64,000 nucleotides of DNA, from positions 21,093 through 85,092 of the forward strand of contig JAVZNR010000002.1 in assembly GCA_038882715.1 (NCBI GenBank), in the 5' to 3' direction. Below the pieces are notes generated by a model, which saw only the letters and a program-made list of their open reading frames with translations, was not told the DNA's origin and made no database searches. How positions within the stretch are numbered: position 1 is the first letter of the stretch; each line of letters begins with the position of its first letter. Source of the DNA: Candidatus Bathyarchaeia archaeon. GTDB taxonomy: Archaea > Thermoproteota > Bathyarchaeia > Bathyarchaeales > DTEX01. Both the position numbers and the translations under genes were made by a program. Positions 28,359 to 38,163 of this stretch are shown piece after piece.

Positions 28359-28675
28359 CTAAATCAACCTCCAGCCAAAGCTCAAAAGCATGAATACATT
28401 TATTCCCGCATAAACATCATCTTCTCGCTTCTCTCCAATACCTTATCATCTCTGCCGAATCATAGTCCGCTGAACCACACTTGCTAAAGATCTCCTCTCT
28501 AATGGCATCCATCTCTCTAGCCGCCCTAACCCTCTTAGCCCCCTTTATCCATTCCCCTCGAAACCCCTATACGAATATTTCACTCAAACACATACGCTTC
28601 CAAATCAACTATTAAATTCCAAGCTAAGAAAACAAAAGATTTAGCGAAGTTAACTTAAGCGGCGCCCAGCAGAGA

Positions 28676-30430
28676 CTACTTTCTGTTTGAAACGTAGACT
28701 TTTATTGTTGCTTCGGCGGCATTCCCATATTTGTCGTAGGCTTTAGCTGTTATCGTGTGCCATCCATCCTTAACAGACCTAGTGTTCCAGCGATATACGT
28801 ATGGCTCAGCGCTAACAGTGGCAGCCAGCTTACCGTCAACATAGAACTCAACGCGGCTTACGCCAGACTCATCCCAGGCGGAAGCAACGACATCAATCGT
28901 CCTAGAGGCGGTCGAGCCATCCAGAGGCTTAACAATGCTGACGGCGGGCGGCTTAACATCCCTAAAATTAACGACGTTAACGGAGACAGCATTAGACTCG
29001 CCAACATTGCCAGCAGCATCATAAGCCCTAGCAACCAACGTATATGCGCCGTCAGGCTCAGTGGTAGTATCCCAATAGAACTCATAGGGCTCCTCAGAGT
29101 CAACGGCAAACAACACGCCATTCTTGAACAATTCAACCCTAGCTACGCCCCTATCGTCGCTCGCGCTAACAGACACGACAACAGCGCCCGAAACAGTATC
29201 CCCGCTCCTAGGATAAGTTATCTCAACCCTAGGCGGAGTAGTGTCAGGAGGAGGCGGAGCCGCTCCGGCGGCAGCTTTAAGGGCTTCGTAGGCGTTAACC
29301 CTACCCCAACCATAATAAACATCGTAGCCAGTATCACCCAAATCAACAGCAGTAGACTCAAGAATTTGCTCTATATCCGCTGGTGTAAGGGACGGATTGG
29401 CCGAGAAGATTAGGGCTGCTACGCCAGCAACAATAGGCGCCGAGAAAGACGTCCCAGAGACAGAGCCGTAGCTCCCACCTTTAACGGTCGTATATATGCT
29501 TACGCCGGGAGCCGATAGGTCGACATAAGGCCCATAAGACGAGAAGCTCGCAAGGATGTCGCCACTAGCTGTGGCGCTAACCGATACAATATATGGGTTA
29601 TCCGCGTAACCCTCATACTTGCCAGTATTACCAGCAGCCGCAACAGCCAAACCACCCTTATCCATAAAATATTTCGCAGCGCTTGAGAGCGATGAACCGC
29701 TGAAAATCTGGAAGCTCATCACAGCAACCTTAGCGCCGCGGTCAGCAGCGTAGGTGAGACCCTTGCTTAGAAGCGAGTAGCTGGTGTAGCCGCTCGTATC
29801 CGTAACCCTAACTGGCAAAATTACACAGTTCCACGCCACGCTGGCCACACCGATCCCGTTATTCGCTATGGCGGCCGCTGTCCCGGCAACCTTGGTCCCA
29901 TGCCCATAAACATCGCTTGTATCAGCATTATTATCATAGAAATTCCAGCCCTGAAGCAGCTTACCAGCCAAATCCGGATGTGATGGGTCAACACCGCTAT
30001 CAAGTACAGCGACAACAATGCTTTGGCTTCCGGTTGAAACGTCCCAAGCGCCCGGAGCACCTATCGTTGGAAGATGCCACTGCTTAGAGTAATATGGGTC
30101 GTTAGGGGTCTGAGAAGGCTCGATTAAGCGGTTCTCCTCAACAAAATCAACCATGGGGTTCCTCATCAAAGCGGATTTAACGCGCTCCGCCGCCCCCTCC
30201 GGAACCGATATCACCAAGACGCTTATCTGCGGTATCTTATCGGTAACGCATGCGCCTATAGAGCGGAGCAAACCTTCGCCAGCATGCCTACAGACACCGG
30301 GCTTAAACCTCAACAGTAATTCAGCTCTGCTAGGTTTAGTGGAAACAACAAGCGTGGGAAGCATGGCTGAAAAGAGCAGCGGCAGCAAAACCACGATAAG
30401 CATTAATCTGCCGCTAAAACGAAAAATCAT
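28676..30430 (-). CDS. secreted subtilisin-like serine protease (S8) with two C-terminal Ig-like domains
   Basis: Signal peptide and catalytic VAVLDSGVD, HGTKVAG and GTSFSAP. Two units of about 90 aa (RVELFKNGVLF.../RVEFYVDGKLA...) follow. Confidence 0.9.
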   Translation of the reverse strand: MIFRFSGRLMLIVVLLPLLFSAMLPTLVVSTKPSRAELLLRFKPGVCRHAGEGLLRSIGACVTDKIPQISVLVISVPEGAAERVKSALMRNPMVDFVEENRLIEPSQTPNDPYYSKQWHLPTIGAPGAWDVSTGSQSIVVAVLDSGVDPSHPDLAGKLLQGWNFYDNNADTSDVYGHGTKVAGTAAAIANNGIGVASVAWNCVILPVRVTDTSGYTSYSLLSKGLTYAADRGAKVAVMSFQIFSGSSLSSAAKYFMDKGGLAVAAAGNTGKYEGYADNPYIVSVSATASGDILASFSSYGPYVDLSAPGVSIYTTVKGGSYGSVSGTSFSAPIVAGVAALIFSANPSLTPADIEQILESTAVDLGDTGYDVYYGWGRVNAYEALKAAAGAAPPPPDTTPPRVEITYPRSGDTVSGAVVVSVSASDDRGVARVELFKNGVLFAVDSEEPYEFYWDTTTEPDGAYTLVARAYDAAGNVGESNAVSVNVVNFRDVKPPAVSIVKPLDGSTASRTIDVVASAWDESGVSRVEFYVDGKLAATVSAEPYVYRWNTRSVKDGWHTITAKAYDKYGNAAEATIKVYVSNRK

Positions 30431-30606
30431 ATCTAAATAATCAGCCTCCTATCGTAAATAGGCGAAAAATAAATTAAAATTTATGAAGAACAAATATTTA
30501 CGAAGAAACTCTAAAAATAATTTATATTGACGACTGAAAATTAGAAATCTCTAACGATAATGTGCTGAAATAAAGCTGATAGAGAGAATCTGTATTTGAA
30601 GTTCCA

Positions 30607-30897
30607 TTAGGCGGGTAAACCCTTCTTTAACCCCTCTATAGCCCTTAGAATCGCGTCCTCTCGGCCGAAACCCCCAGCCTTAGTTATCACCAGCCCCCCA
30701 TCAAACCCGCCGCCCAATACGACACCATATGGGATTCCCGGCATAACCTCACCACAAACTCTAACTCCACACGCCCGTATATGCTTCATCACTCTTATGG
30801 CGGTATCTCCGCCCACAACTATTATTCCAGCAGCCTTAAACTCGCCAGAAACTTGGGTGGCAACCTCTCCTAACACGTCAGATATGGCCTTTGACAT
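30607..30897 (-). pseudogene. C-terminal remnant of a four-carbon acid-sugar kinase (DUF1537/YgbK family)
   Basis: Only the last ~95 aa are present (GIIVVGGDTAIRV...GEVMPGIPYG...VITKAGGFG). An in-frame stop lies immediately upstream of the Met. Confidence 0.65.
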
Positions 30898-30961
30898 CCT
30901 AGTCTCTCCGAACCCAAGAGAAGCTGCCGCTCTACGAGCAATTAAAACATCCTCTTTCGAT

Positions 30962-31540
30962 TCAACTCACATAGGCAATCTTAGAGTATCGCATGTGACG
31001 ACCCATGTCTCCCTAAGGAACGCGTGCGACTTAATAAAGAGGGAGCGGGTCTACAAGGTGATAGTGTTAACAGATGGAGCCCTGAAAGACATGGGCGTGA
31101 AACATCCTAAAATAGCCGTAGCTGGCTTGAACCCGCATTGCGGTGAGGGAGGGCTTTTCGGAGACGAGGAGATTAAAGAGATTGCGCCCGCCGTTGAAAT
31201 GGCAAAGAGAGACGGCATTAATGTTATCGGTCCACTGCCAGCTGACACGGTGTTTGTGAGAGCTATGGGTGGAGCTTTCGATGCTGTAGTAGCAATGTAT
31301 CATGATCAGGGACATATACCGGTGAAGATGCTTGGCTTAAGGTGGGATGAGAAGAGGCAGGGGTGGACACGTGTTAGGGGTGTAAACCTTACAATAGGTT
31401 TACCGATAATACGCACGTCGGTGGATCATGGCACAGCATTCGGGAAAGCTGGGAAAGGAGAGGCGAACCCGCAAAGCATGATGGAGGCGATTAAAACAGC
31501 GGCGAAGATGGCGAGAAAACGCATTAATAAATCATCTTAA
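30962..31540 (+). pseudogene. C-terminal remnant of a PdxA-family dehydrogenase
   Basis: Matches PdxA from LRVSHVTTHVSL through GLNPHCGEGG, AMYHDQGHIP and IRTSVDHGTAF. About 150 N-terminal residues are missing. The first ~55 codons of ORF 30797-31540 are antisense to the kinase remnant. Confidence 0.7.
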
Positions 31541-31591
31541 TGTCTAATAAATCATCCGCGTATGAAAGAATGAGGCGTTCAGCCGATACTA

Positions 31592-32518
31592 TCATGGAAA
31601 GATTGGTTTTATAGCTTTGGTTGGACAAGCTGCGACACATCTTAAGCAGTATATGCATTCTGGGTCAGTGATTTTCTCTCTAGGAGATTTTAGTATTGGA
31701 ACCTTCATTGGACATTTCTCCTCGCATATGCGACATCCGATTTTTGTGCATCGTACTATATCCCTTCTCAAGCCTAGTAGGCTGAATCGGCTTACTAGCG
31801 CTAATAATGCTCCTTGAGGACACATGTATCTGCACCAGACTCTCGGAATATACGCCGCTAAAAATAGGATGGCGATCAGTATCACCAGTCTAACAATTAG
31901 GAGCGGCGTTATGGTAAAGTATTCAAGTCCAGAGTATATGGAGAGCGAAAGAGCGGATAGCAGTCTGGGGAGAACGGCGAAAAGCGTGTCGGATGGACTT
32001 AAAATGTTAAATGGTGCTTGAGCAAACAACCCTAACGTCTCCCTATATATTCTCCCGCTTTCGCTGAATTGTGCGAGAGATAATGAGGCGCTTATCAGCA
32101 AGGTTAAACCTAAGATAACGTATTTTATGCCTATAAAGCTTCTATGCGCTTCAGGCGACACCTTAAATCTCTTAGTTTCATGGATCGCCAGCATATCTTG
32201 AATCAAACCCATTGGGCATATCCATCCGCATAAAGCCCTGCCGGTTAAAACGCCGAACAATAATATTGAAGCTAGGGGTAACAGTGGGAATAAAGAATCA
32301 TACATCATTTTCTGTAGAAGACTCATGGCTTCGCCAGCTATTTTAAAGGGTGAGCCGGATGGCAGCAGTATCGGCAATACTAGCGGAACAGCCAGTAAGC
32401 CAAATATGGCTGAGTTGAGAAGAATTAAAAAGAAGAATTGAACAATTCTCCTAGCGACCTCCAATAGGACAAGCCTAGATTTTAAGTTCGCGAGCCAAGC
32501 GTTTTTAAGGCCCCTCAT
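31592..32518 (-). CDS. NapH/YccM-type membrane polyferredoxin (4Fe-4S binding)
   Basis: CGWICPMG and CRYMCPQG membrane Cys motifs, plus C-terminal CTKIGCRICEEKCP and CIYCLRCVAACP. Confidence 0.7.
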   Translation of the reverse strand: MRGLKNAWLANLKSRLVLLEVARRIVQFFFLILLNSAIFGLLAVPLVLPILLPSGSPFKIAGEAMSLLQKMMYDSLFPLLPLASILLFGVLTGRALCGWICPMGLIQDMLAIHETKRFKVSPEAHRSFIGIKYVILGLTLLISASLSLAQFSESGRIYRETLGLFAQAPFNILSPSDTLFAVLPRLLSALSLSIYSGLEYFTITPLLIVRLVILIAILFLAAYIPRVWCRYMCPQGALLALVSRFSLLGLRRDIVRCTKIGCRICEEKCPMKVPILKSPREKITDPECIYCLRCVAACPTKAIKPIFP

Positions 32519-32727
32519 AAACGACGACGCCTCAACATTCCATTTAAATCAAAGTATTCTAGGAAACCTTAATAACGGTTTTTAAACGCTCTCGTAGCCT
32601 GATGGACTAAAAATTCATAATTCCTATTTGTTCGATATTCTCATGGTTTTTAGCAAGGCAGATATAAGAGAGTATCTTCTCTAATCTAATGAGGTTAAGG
32701 TTTATAGTAAAGTTGGAGCGTTATTAG

Positions 32728-34044
32728 ATGGTGAAAATCGCCATTATTGGCGCCGGAAGCCATGTGTTCTCCAGACGCCTCATAACCGACCTGCTATCCT
32801 ATCCGGAGCTTAGGGAAAGCACTATAGCGCTAATGGATATTGATAGAGATAGGCTTGATCTCATAACCGCTTTCACTAAAAGGCTTATTGAACAGCGCGA
32901 CTTCAAGACTAGGGTTGAGTCCACAACCGATAGGAGAGTTGCGCTCGATGGCGCCGACTACGTAATAGTCTCAATTAGAGTTGGAGGTCTTAAAGCGTAT
33001 AGGCTTGACCTTGAGATCCCAGCGAAATACGGCGTCATTCAAGGTGTTGGAGATACCATCGGCCCCGGAGGAGTTTTTTATGGTTTACGCCACGTTCCAG
33101 CGATCCTAGACATATGCTATGATATGGAAGACCTATGCCCAGAAGCCCTACTCATAAACTACACGAATCCAATGGCTATAATATGCTGGGCAATAAACGA
33201 TTATACGCGCATAAAAAGCGTCGGATTATGTCACAGCGTTCAAGGGACAGCTGCTGAGCTAGCGCGCTACCTAGGCGTTCCAGTCGATGAGCTCTCTTAC
33301 TGGGTTGCAGGCATAAACCACATGGCCTGGTTCCTAGAACTTAAGTGGCGTGGAGTGGACGCGTACCCCATGCTTAGAGAGAAATTTAAGGATCCAAGCG
33401 TCTATATGAGGGATGATGCCCACTGGGCTGGGGCAGACATCGTTAGAGTTGAGATTTTTAAGGCGTTTGGATACTTTAACACCGAGTCCAGCCAGCATAT
33501 GTCGGAGTATCTTCCATACTTTAGGAAGAGGCCCGATCTGTTCGAAAGGTTTAAGCTGGTTAATCCCTTAGAAAGATTGGATTCCATGGAGAGTAGGAGA
33601 GCAATGCAGGATGAGGAGCTGAGGAAGCTTCTCGCTGAGGGCTACAGGTTCCCCTTAGATAGAAGCCAAGAATACTGCTCACATATAATTCATTCTATTG
33701 AGACAGGCATCCCAAGGAGAATACATGGTAATGTTAAAAACAGTTGGCTTATAACGAACCTGCCATATGGATGCTGCGTTGAAGTCCCGTGTCTAGTCGA
33801 TAGGGCTGGTATACATCCATGCTATGTGGGCGATCTACCCCCTCAATGCGCAGCACTAAACAGAACAAACATTAATGTTCAGGAGCTAGCCGTTAAAGCG
33901 GCTGTTGAAAAAGATAAAAGATTGGCGTTTCAAGCTATTCTTCTCGACCCGTTAACGAGCGCGATATTAACTATAGATGAGATAGAACATATGGTTGAAG
34001 AAATGTTCAGGGCAGAAGCAGAGTACTTGCCCGGCTTTAAATAA
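32728..34044 (+). CDS. GH4 family glycosidase (alpha-glucosidase/galactosidase type)
   Basis: KIAIIGAGSHVF NAD site, NYTNPMAI, GLCHSVQGT. Confidence 0.85.
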   Translation: MVKIAIIGAGSHVFSRRLITDLLSYPELRESTIALMDIDRDRLDLITAFTKRLIEQRDFKTRVESTTDRRVALDGADYVIVSIRVGGLKAYRLDLEIPAKYGVIQGVGDTIGPGGVFYGLRHVPAILDICYDMEDLCPEALLINYTNPMAIICWAINDYTRIKSVGLCHSVQGTAAELARYLGVPVDELSYWVAGINHMAWFLELKWRGVDAYPMLREKFKDPSVYMRDDAHWAGADIVRVEIFKAFGYFNTESSQHMSEYLPYFRKRPDLFERFKLVNPLERLDSMESRRAMQDEELRKLLAEGYRFPLDRSQEYCSHIIHSIETGIPRRIHGNVKNSWLITNLPYGCCVEVPCLVDRAGIHPCYVGDLPPQCAALNRTNINVQELAVKAAVEKDKRLAFQAILLDPLTSAILTIDEIEHMVEEMFRAEAEYLPGFK

Positions 34045-34074
34045 ACCCTATTCTAGGGGAAGGAGCGATTAAAG

Positions 34075-34878
34075 ATGGATGTAATTAAGGTGCCCGAAAT
34101 AGACTTCGAGAAAACCATCAGTGAAATAGTTGATTTTATAAGGGGTGAGGTTGAGAAGGCAGGGGCAGCGGGGGTTGTTCTCGGCTTAAGCGGCGGCATA
34201 GACAGCAGTTTAACCGCGGCTTTATGTGTTCGAGCCTTAGGCGGAGATAAGGTTTTAGGCGTAATTATGCCTACCAGCTTCACTCCAAAAGAGGATCTGG
34301 AAGACGCGTTAGAGGTGTCTAGAAAGCTCAATATGAAGACGATTTTAGTTAACATTGACGACATATGTGAGACTATCGTGAAGGCTTTAAAAGTGAACCC
34401 GGATGATCCAAGGGTTAGGATGCCGCTGGCTAACGTGCGCGCCAGAGTTAGAATGTTGATACTGTATTTCTACGCGAACCTATACAACTATCTTGTTGTC
34501 GGAACAAGCGATAGAAGCGAGTATTTGATAGGCTATTTCACCAAGTACGGTGACGGCGCAGCCGACTTCTTTCCCATAAGGCATCTCTATAAGACGCAGG
34601 TTAGGGAGCTAGCAGCATATATGGGTTTGCCGGAGAGAGTTGTGAAGAAGCCTAGCAGCCCGCAGCTATATCCTGGGCATAAATTATTAGATGAGATACC
34701 AGCAGACTATTCGATAATAGACCCGATACTGGTTGGATTATTCGAGAAGAATCTTCCAGCGGATAAAGTCAGCGAGATACTTAACGTTCAACTTGAGATC
34801 GTTAATGATATAAAGCGTAGATACATGAAGAGTATGCATAAAAGGCTTACTCCGCCAATGATAGAGACTAAAAGATAA
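34075..34878 (+). CDS. nadE: NH3-dependent NAD+ synthetase
   Basis: PP-loop GLSGGIDSS; 267 aa. Confidence 0.9.
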   Translation: MDVIKVPEIDFEKTISEIVDFIRGEVEKAGAAGVVLGLSGGIDSSLTAALCVRALGGDKVLGVIMPTSFTPKEDLEDALEVSRKLNMKTILVNIDDICETIVKALKVNPDDPRVRMPLANVRARVRMLILYFYANLYNYLVVGTSDRSEYLIGYFTKYGDGAADFFPIRHLYKTQVRELAAYMGLPERVVKKPSSPQLYPGHKLLDEIPADYSIIDPILVGLFEKNLPADKVSEILNVQLEIVNDIKRRYMKSMHKRLTPPMIETKR

Positions 34879-34935
34879 AATCGGAACCTTAATTTAATTA
34901 GGTTTAAAGACCTAGGAGTAGTTGAGGGAGATGTT

Positions 34936-36129
34936 ATGAGGCTGGCGGATAGAATGAACATTATTAAGCCTTCTGGCACCATAGCGATGGCTGAGAAAGC
35001 CAGAGAACTGGCTAGAAGCGGAAAAAAGCTGTATAATCTTGATGTCGGCGAACCAGACTTCGATACGCCTGAGCATATAAAGAGGGCTGCGATAGAGGCT
35101 CTGGTGAGCGGCTTCACCCATTATACTTCAAGCCTCGGCATAATTGAGCTTAGAAGAGCCATTGCGGAATACCTAAAAGATAAGAAGGGCTTGGATGTTA
35201 ACCCGGAGAAAGAAGTTATCGTGACCCCGGGAGCTAAGCACGCCATATACTGCGCCTGCATGGCCACCCTAAATCCCGGCGACGAGGTTCTCGTCTTAAC
35301 CCCAACATGGCCTACGCACTTCACATGTGTTGAGGCTGCTGAAGCAAAAGTTGTTGAGGTTCCATGCGGCGAATCATATAGCCTAGATGAGGAGCTCCTT
35401 AAGCGAAGCATAGGCAATAAAACGAGGATGATAATTGTTAACTCACCGAACAATCCGACTGGCGGAGTTCTAAGCGTTAATGAACTTAAGGCTATTGCCG
35501 ATTTAGCGGCCGACCACGATCTACTCGTCTTGTCAGATGAGATCTACGATGAAATAATCTACGATGGTTTTCAAACTAGGAGCATGGCGAGCTTCGATGA
35601 GATTAGAGAGAACGTAATTCTCGTAAATGGCTTCAGTAAAGCCTACGCTATGACTGGCTGGAGACTTGGCTACACTGTTGCAAACGAGACCATAATAGAT
35701 GCCATGAATAGGATTCAGCAGGCTACAACCACTTGCCCAGCGAGCTTCGTGCAGAAAGCTGGTATAGCCGCCTTGAAGGGGCCGCAGGACTGCGTTAGAA
35801 AGATTATCGAGGAATTCGATAAAAGGAGAAGGTATGTTGTTAGGGCTCTCAACGAGATTCCAGAAGTGAGATGCGTCATGCCGAGGGGTGCATTCTATGT
35901 TTTTCCGCGCTTTCTTAGCGTTAACATGCCTAGCTTTGAGGTCAGCATGAGACTCCTTGAGGAGGAAGGAGTATCCACTACGCCTGGAAGCGTTTTCGGC
36001 TCGTGTGGTGAGGGCCATATTCGCATATCGTATGCCACGAGCCTCGAGGTAATTGTGGAGGCCGTGGAAAGGATTAAGAATTTCGTCAACAAATATTCAA
36101 ACGTGAGGGTTGGTGATACAATTGTTTGA
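34936..36129 (+). CDS. class I/II PLP-dependent (aspartate-type) aminotransferase
   Basis: NSPNNPTG; SKAYAMTGWRLGY (PLP Lys). Confidence 0.85.
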   Translation: MRLADRMNIIKPSGTIAMAEKARELARSGKKLYNLDVGEPDFDTPEHIKRAAIEALVSGFTHYTSSLGIIELRRAIAEYLKDKKGLDVNPEKEVIVTPGAKHAIYCACMATLNPGDEVLVLTPTWPTHFTCVEAAEAKVVEVPCGESYSLDEELLKRSIGNKTRMIIVNSPNNPTGGVLSVNELKAIADLAADHDLLVLSDEIYDEIIYDGFQTRSMASFDEIRENVILVNGFSKAYAMTGWRLGYTVANETIIDAMNRIQQATTTCPASFVQKAGIAALKGPQDCVRKIIEEFDKRRRYVVRALNEIPEVRCVMPRGAFYVFPRFLSVNMPSFEVSMRLLEEEGVSTTPGSVFGSCGEGHIRISYATSLEVIVEAVERIKNFVNKYSNVRVGDTIV

Positions 36130-37213
36130 TGGAAAATCCATAGAGGTTTTAAAGAGAATGGTTGAATCATTTGGCCCTTCAGGCTTCGAGAGGGAAACAG
36201 CTAGAATAATAAAGGATTACATGAAGGCATACTCGGACGAGATTCTAACTGATAAACTTGGCTCAGTAGTATTTGTCCGCAGAGGCGAGTTTGAAAGGCC
36301 TCATGTCCTCCTAGCAGCCCATATTGATGAGGTTGGATTCGTCGTCTCCGGCGTAGACGAGAACACTGGTTTTCTATCGTTTAACCCTCTTGGCGGATGG
36401 TGGGATCAAGTACTTTTATCGCAGAGAGTCGTTGTTAGAACTGAGAAGGGGGATCTTTATGGCGTTATAGCGGCTAAGCCCCCGCACTTATTGACCGATG
36501 AGGAGCGGCAGAAACCCGTTGACAGAAGAAACATGTATATTGATATAGGTGTGACCTCCGCTAAAGAGGCTTATGATATGGGAGTTAAGATCGGCGACCC
36601 GGTTGTTCCATGGTCGCCTTTCATGCTAATCAATAATGGTAGGGTTGCCATGGGTAAAGCCTTCGACGACAGGATAGGCGCCTTCGTGATGATGGAGACC
36701 ATTCGAAGAATAAGGGAGAGCGGAATAAGCCACCCAAACACAATTTATGGTGCTGCGACGGTTCAAGAGGAAGTCGGAGCTAGAGGCGCGCAGACGGTCT
36801 CCCATATAGTTGACCCCGATGTTGCGCTCGTGATTGAGGTTGATATAGCTGGAGACGTTCCGGGAATAAAGCCTAATGAAGCCCCAACAAAGATGGGGAA
36901 GGGCCCAGCCCTATGCACGTATGATAGTAGCATGATTCCGAATCAGCCTCTGAAAGAATTCGTTATCAAGGTAGCTAGGGAGACTGGAATACCGTTGCAG
37001 TTATCTCAAATTGCTAGGGGCGGAACTGATGCTGGCAGAATCCATATTAGTAGGGCTGGATGCCCCAGCGTTGTTATAGGCATACCCACTAGGCACATAC
37101 ATAGCCACGTCGGGCTCATGAACATGGACGATGCTGAGAACGCTGTTAAACTTATGATCGAGCTTATAAGAAGGCTTGATAGAGAAAGAGTTGAGAGCTT
37201 TACAGCCGTATAA
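36110..37213 (+). CDS. M42 family peptidase (TET/FrvX type)
   Basis: AHIDEVGFVV, DDRIGA and EEVGARGA motifs. Confidence 0.85.
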   Translation: MVIQLFDGKSIEVLKRMVESFGPSGFERETARIIKDYMKAYSDEILTDKLGSVVFVRRGEFERPHVLLAAHIDEVGFVVSGVDENTGFLSFNPLGGWWDQVLLSQRVVVRTEKGDLYGVIAAKPPHLLTDEERQKPVDRRNMYIDIGVTSAKEAYDMGVKIGDPVVPWSPFMLINNGRVAMGKAFDDRIGAFVMMETIRRIRESGISHPNTIYGAATVQEEVGARGAQTVSHIVDPDVALVIEVDIAGDVPGIKPNEAPTKMGKGPALCTYDSSMIPNQPLKEFVIKVARETGIPLQLSQIARGGTDAGRIHISRAGCPSVVIGIPTRHIHSHVGLMNMDDAENAVKLMIELIRRLDRERVESFTAV

Positions 37214-38138
37214 ATTTGAGGGGTTAAAAGAAATGATTGCTGAAGAGAAAATTATTGATGGCTTTAGGGTTAAGGTTGCGTCAATAGGCGACATGCTTAT
37301 TGGAGCTGCCTGCGATATAGGTCCAAGAATAATTTATCTCGCTAGTGTTAAGAGACCGGAATTGAATCTTTTCGGGGTTCTTCCAAACGCGGGGGTAGAG
37401 ACATCTGAAGGGTTCTGGAGAATTTATGGCGGCCATAGGCTTTGGGCTGCCCCTGAGGCTAAGCCCCGCTCATATTCACTTGACAATCAGCCAGTAAATA
37501 TAGAAACTGATTCCGACTCGCTGACAGTTCACGGAAACCCGGAGGAGAAAAACTCCATACAGAAGGAGATTACCGTAAAAGCGAACCCGGATGGAGGCGT
37601 TCAAGTAGTTCACAGGATTAGAAATATTGGCCGCTGGCCGATTAGGCTAGCGTGCTGGGCTCTCTCAGTGATGCGGAGAAACGGCTTCGCAATAGTGCCC
37701 ATCAAACCCATGAAGGTTGACGCTGAGGGACTACTGCCAGATAGGCACATCTCAATCTGGCCTTACACAAATATAGCGGATAAGAGGCTCGTGTTAACGA
37801 GCGAGTACATATTTGTTAAGCAGGATCCTAAAGCCGCTGGACCGCTTAAAATCGGCGCAAAAGCCAACCCTAATTGGGCAGCTTATTGGGTTGAGGGAAT
37901 GCTGTTTCTCAAACAATTTAATTATGAGGGTGGAGCGGAGTATCCGGACTTCGGCTGCAGTGTCGAGGTTTACACAAACCCTGATATGCTTGAGCTCGAA
38001 ACTCTTGGGCCGCTTAAAACCGTTGAGCCGTCCGGCGTGATTGAGCATGTGGAGGTTTGGAGAGTCTCAAACGTTGGGAAGATTAAAATGAAGCCGGAAA
38101 ATATTAGGGAGAAAATTGAGCCATTAATAAAAGTTTAA
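37176..38138 (+). CDS. hypothetical protein (possibly mutarotase-like beta-sandwich)
   Basis: ORF only. It overlaps the upstream gene by 38 nt, so an internal Met (MIAEEK) is the more likely start. No diagnostic motif recognised. Confidence 0.35.
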   Translation: MIEKELRALQPYKFEGLKEMIAEEKIIDGFRVKVASIGDMLIGAACDIGPRIIYLASVKRPELNLFGVLPNAGVETSEGFWRIYGGHRLWAAPEAKPRSYSLDNQPVNIETDSDSLTVHGNPEEKNSIQKEITVKANPDGGVQVVHRIRNIGRWPIRLACWALSVMRRNGFAIVPIKPMKVDAEGLLPDRHISIWPYTNIADKRLVLTSEYIFVKQDPKAAGPLKIGAKANPNWAAYWVEGMLFLKQFNYEGGAEYPDFGCSVEVYTNPDMLELETLGPLKTVEPSGVIEHVEVWRVSNVGKIKMKPENIREKIEPLIKV

Positions 38139-38163
38139 CTAAAACTGAACCCTTTTTCCCCGT

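Noticed and set aside
28400-28560. Minus-strand reading frame GFRGEWIKGAKRVRAAREMDAIREEIFSKCGSADYDSAEMIRYWREARR in the 316-bp gap before the subtilisin gene
   Set aside because: It is only about 45 codons, has no start codon after the upstream stop, and matches no family I recognise. It may be a gene remnant but cannot be supported.
30797-30961. N-terminal ~55 codons of track ORF 30797-31540
   Set aside because: This part is simply the antisense of the kinase remnant. PdxA-like sequence begins only at about 30962.
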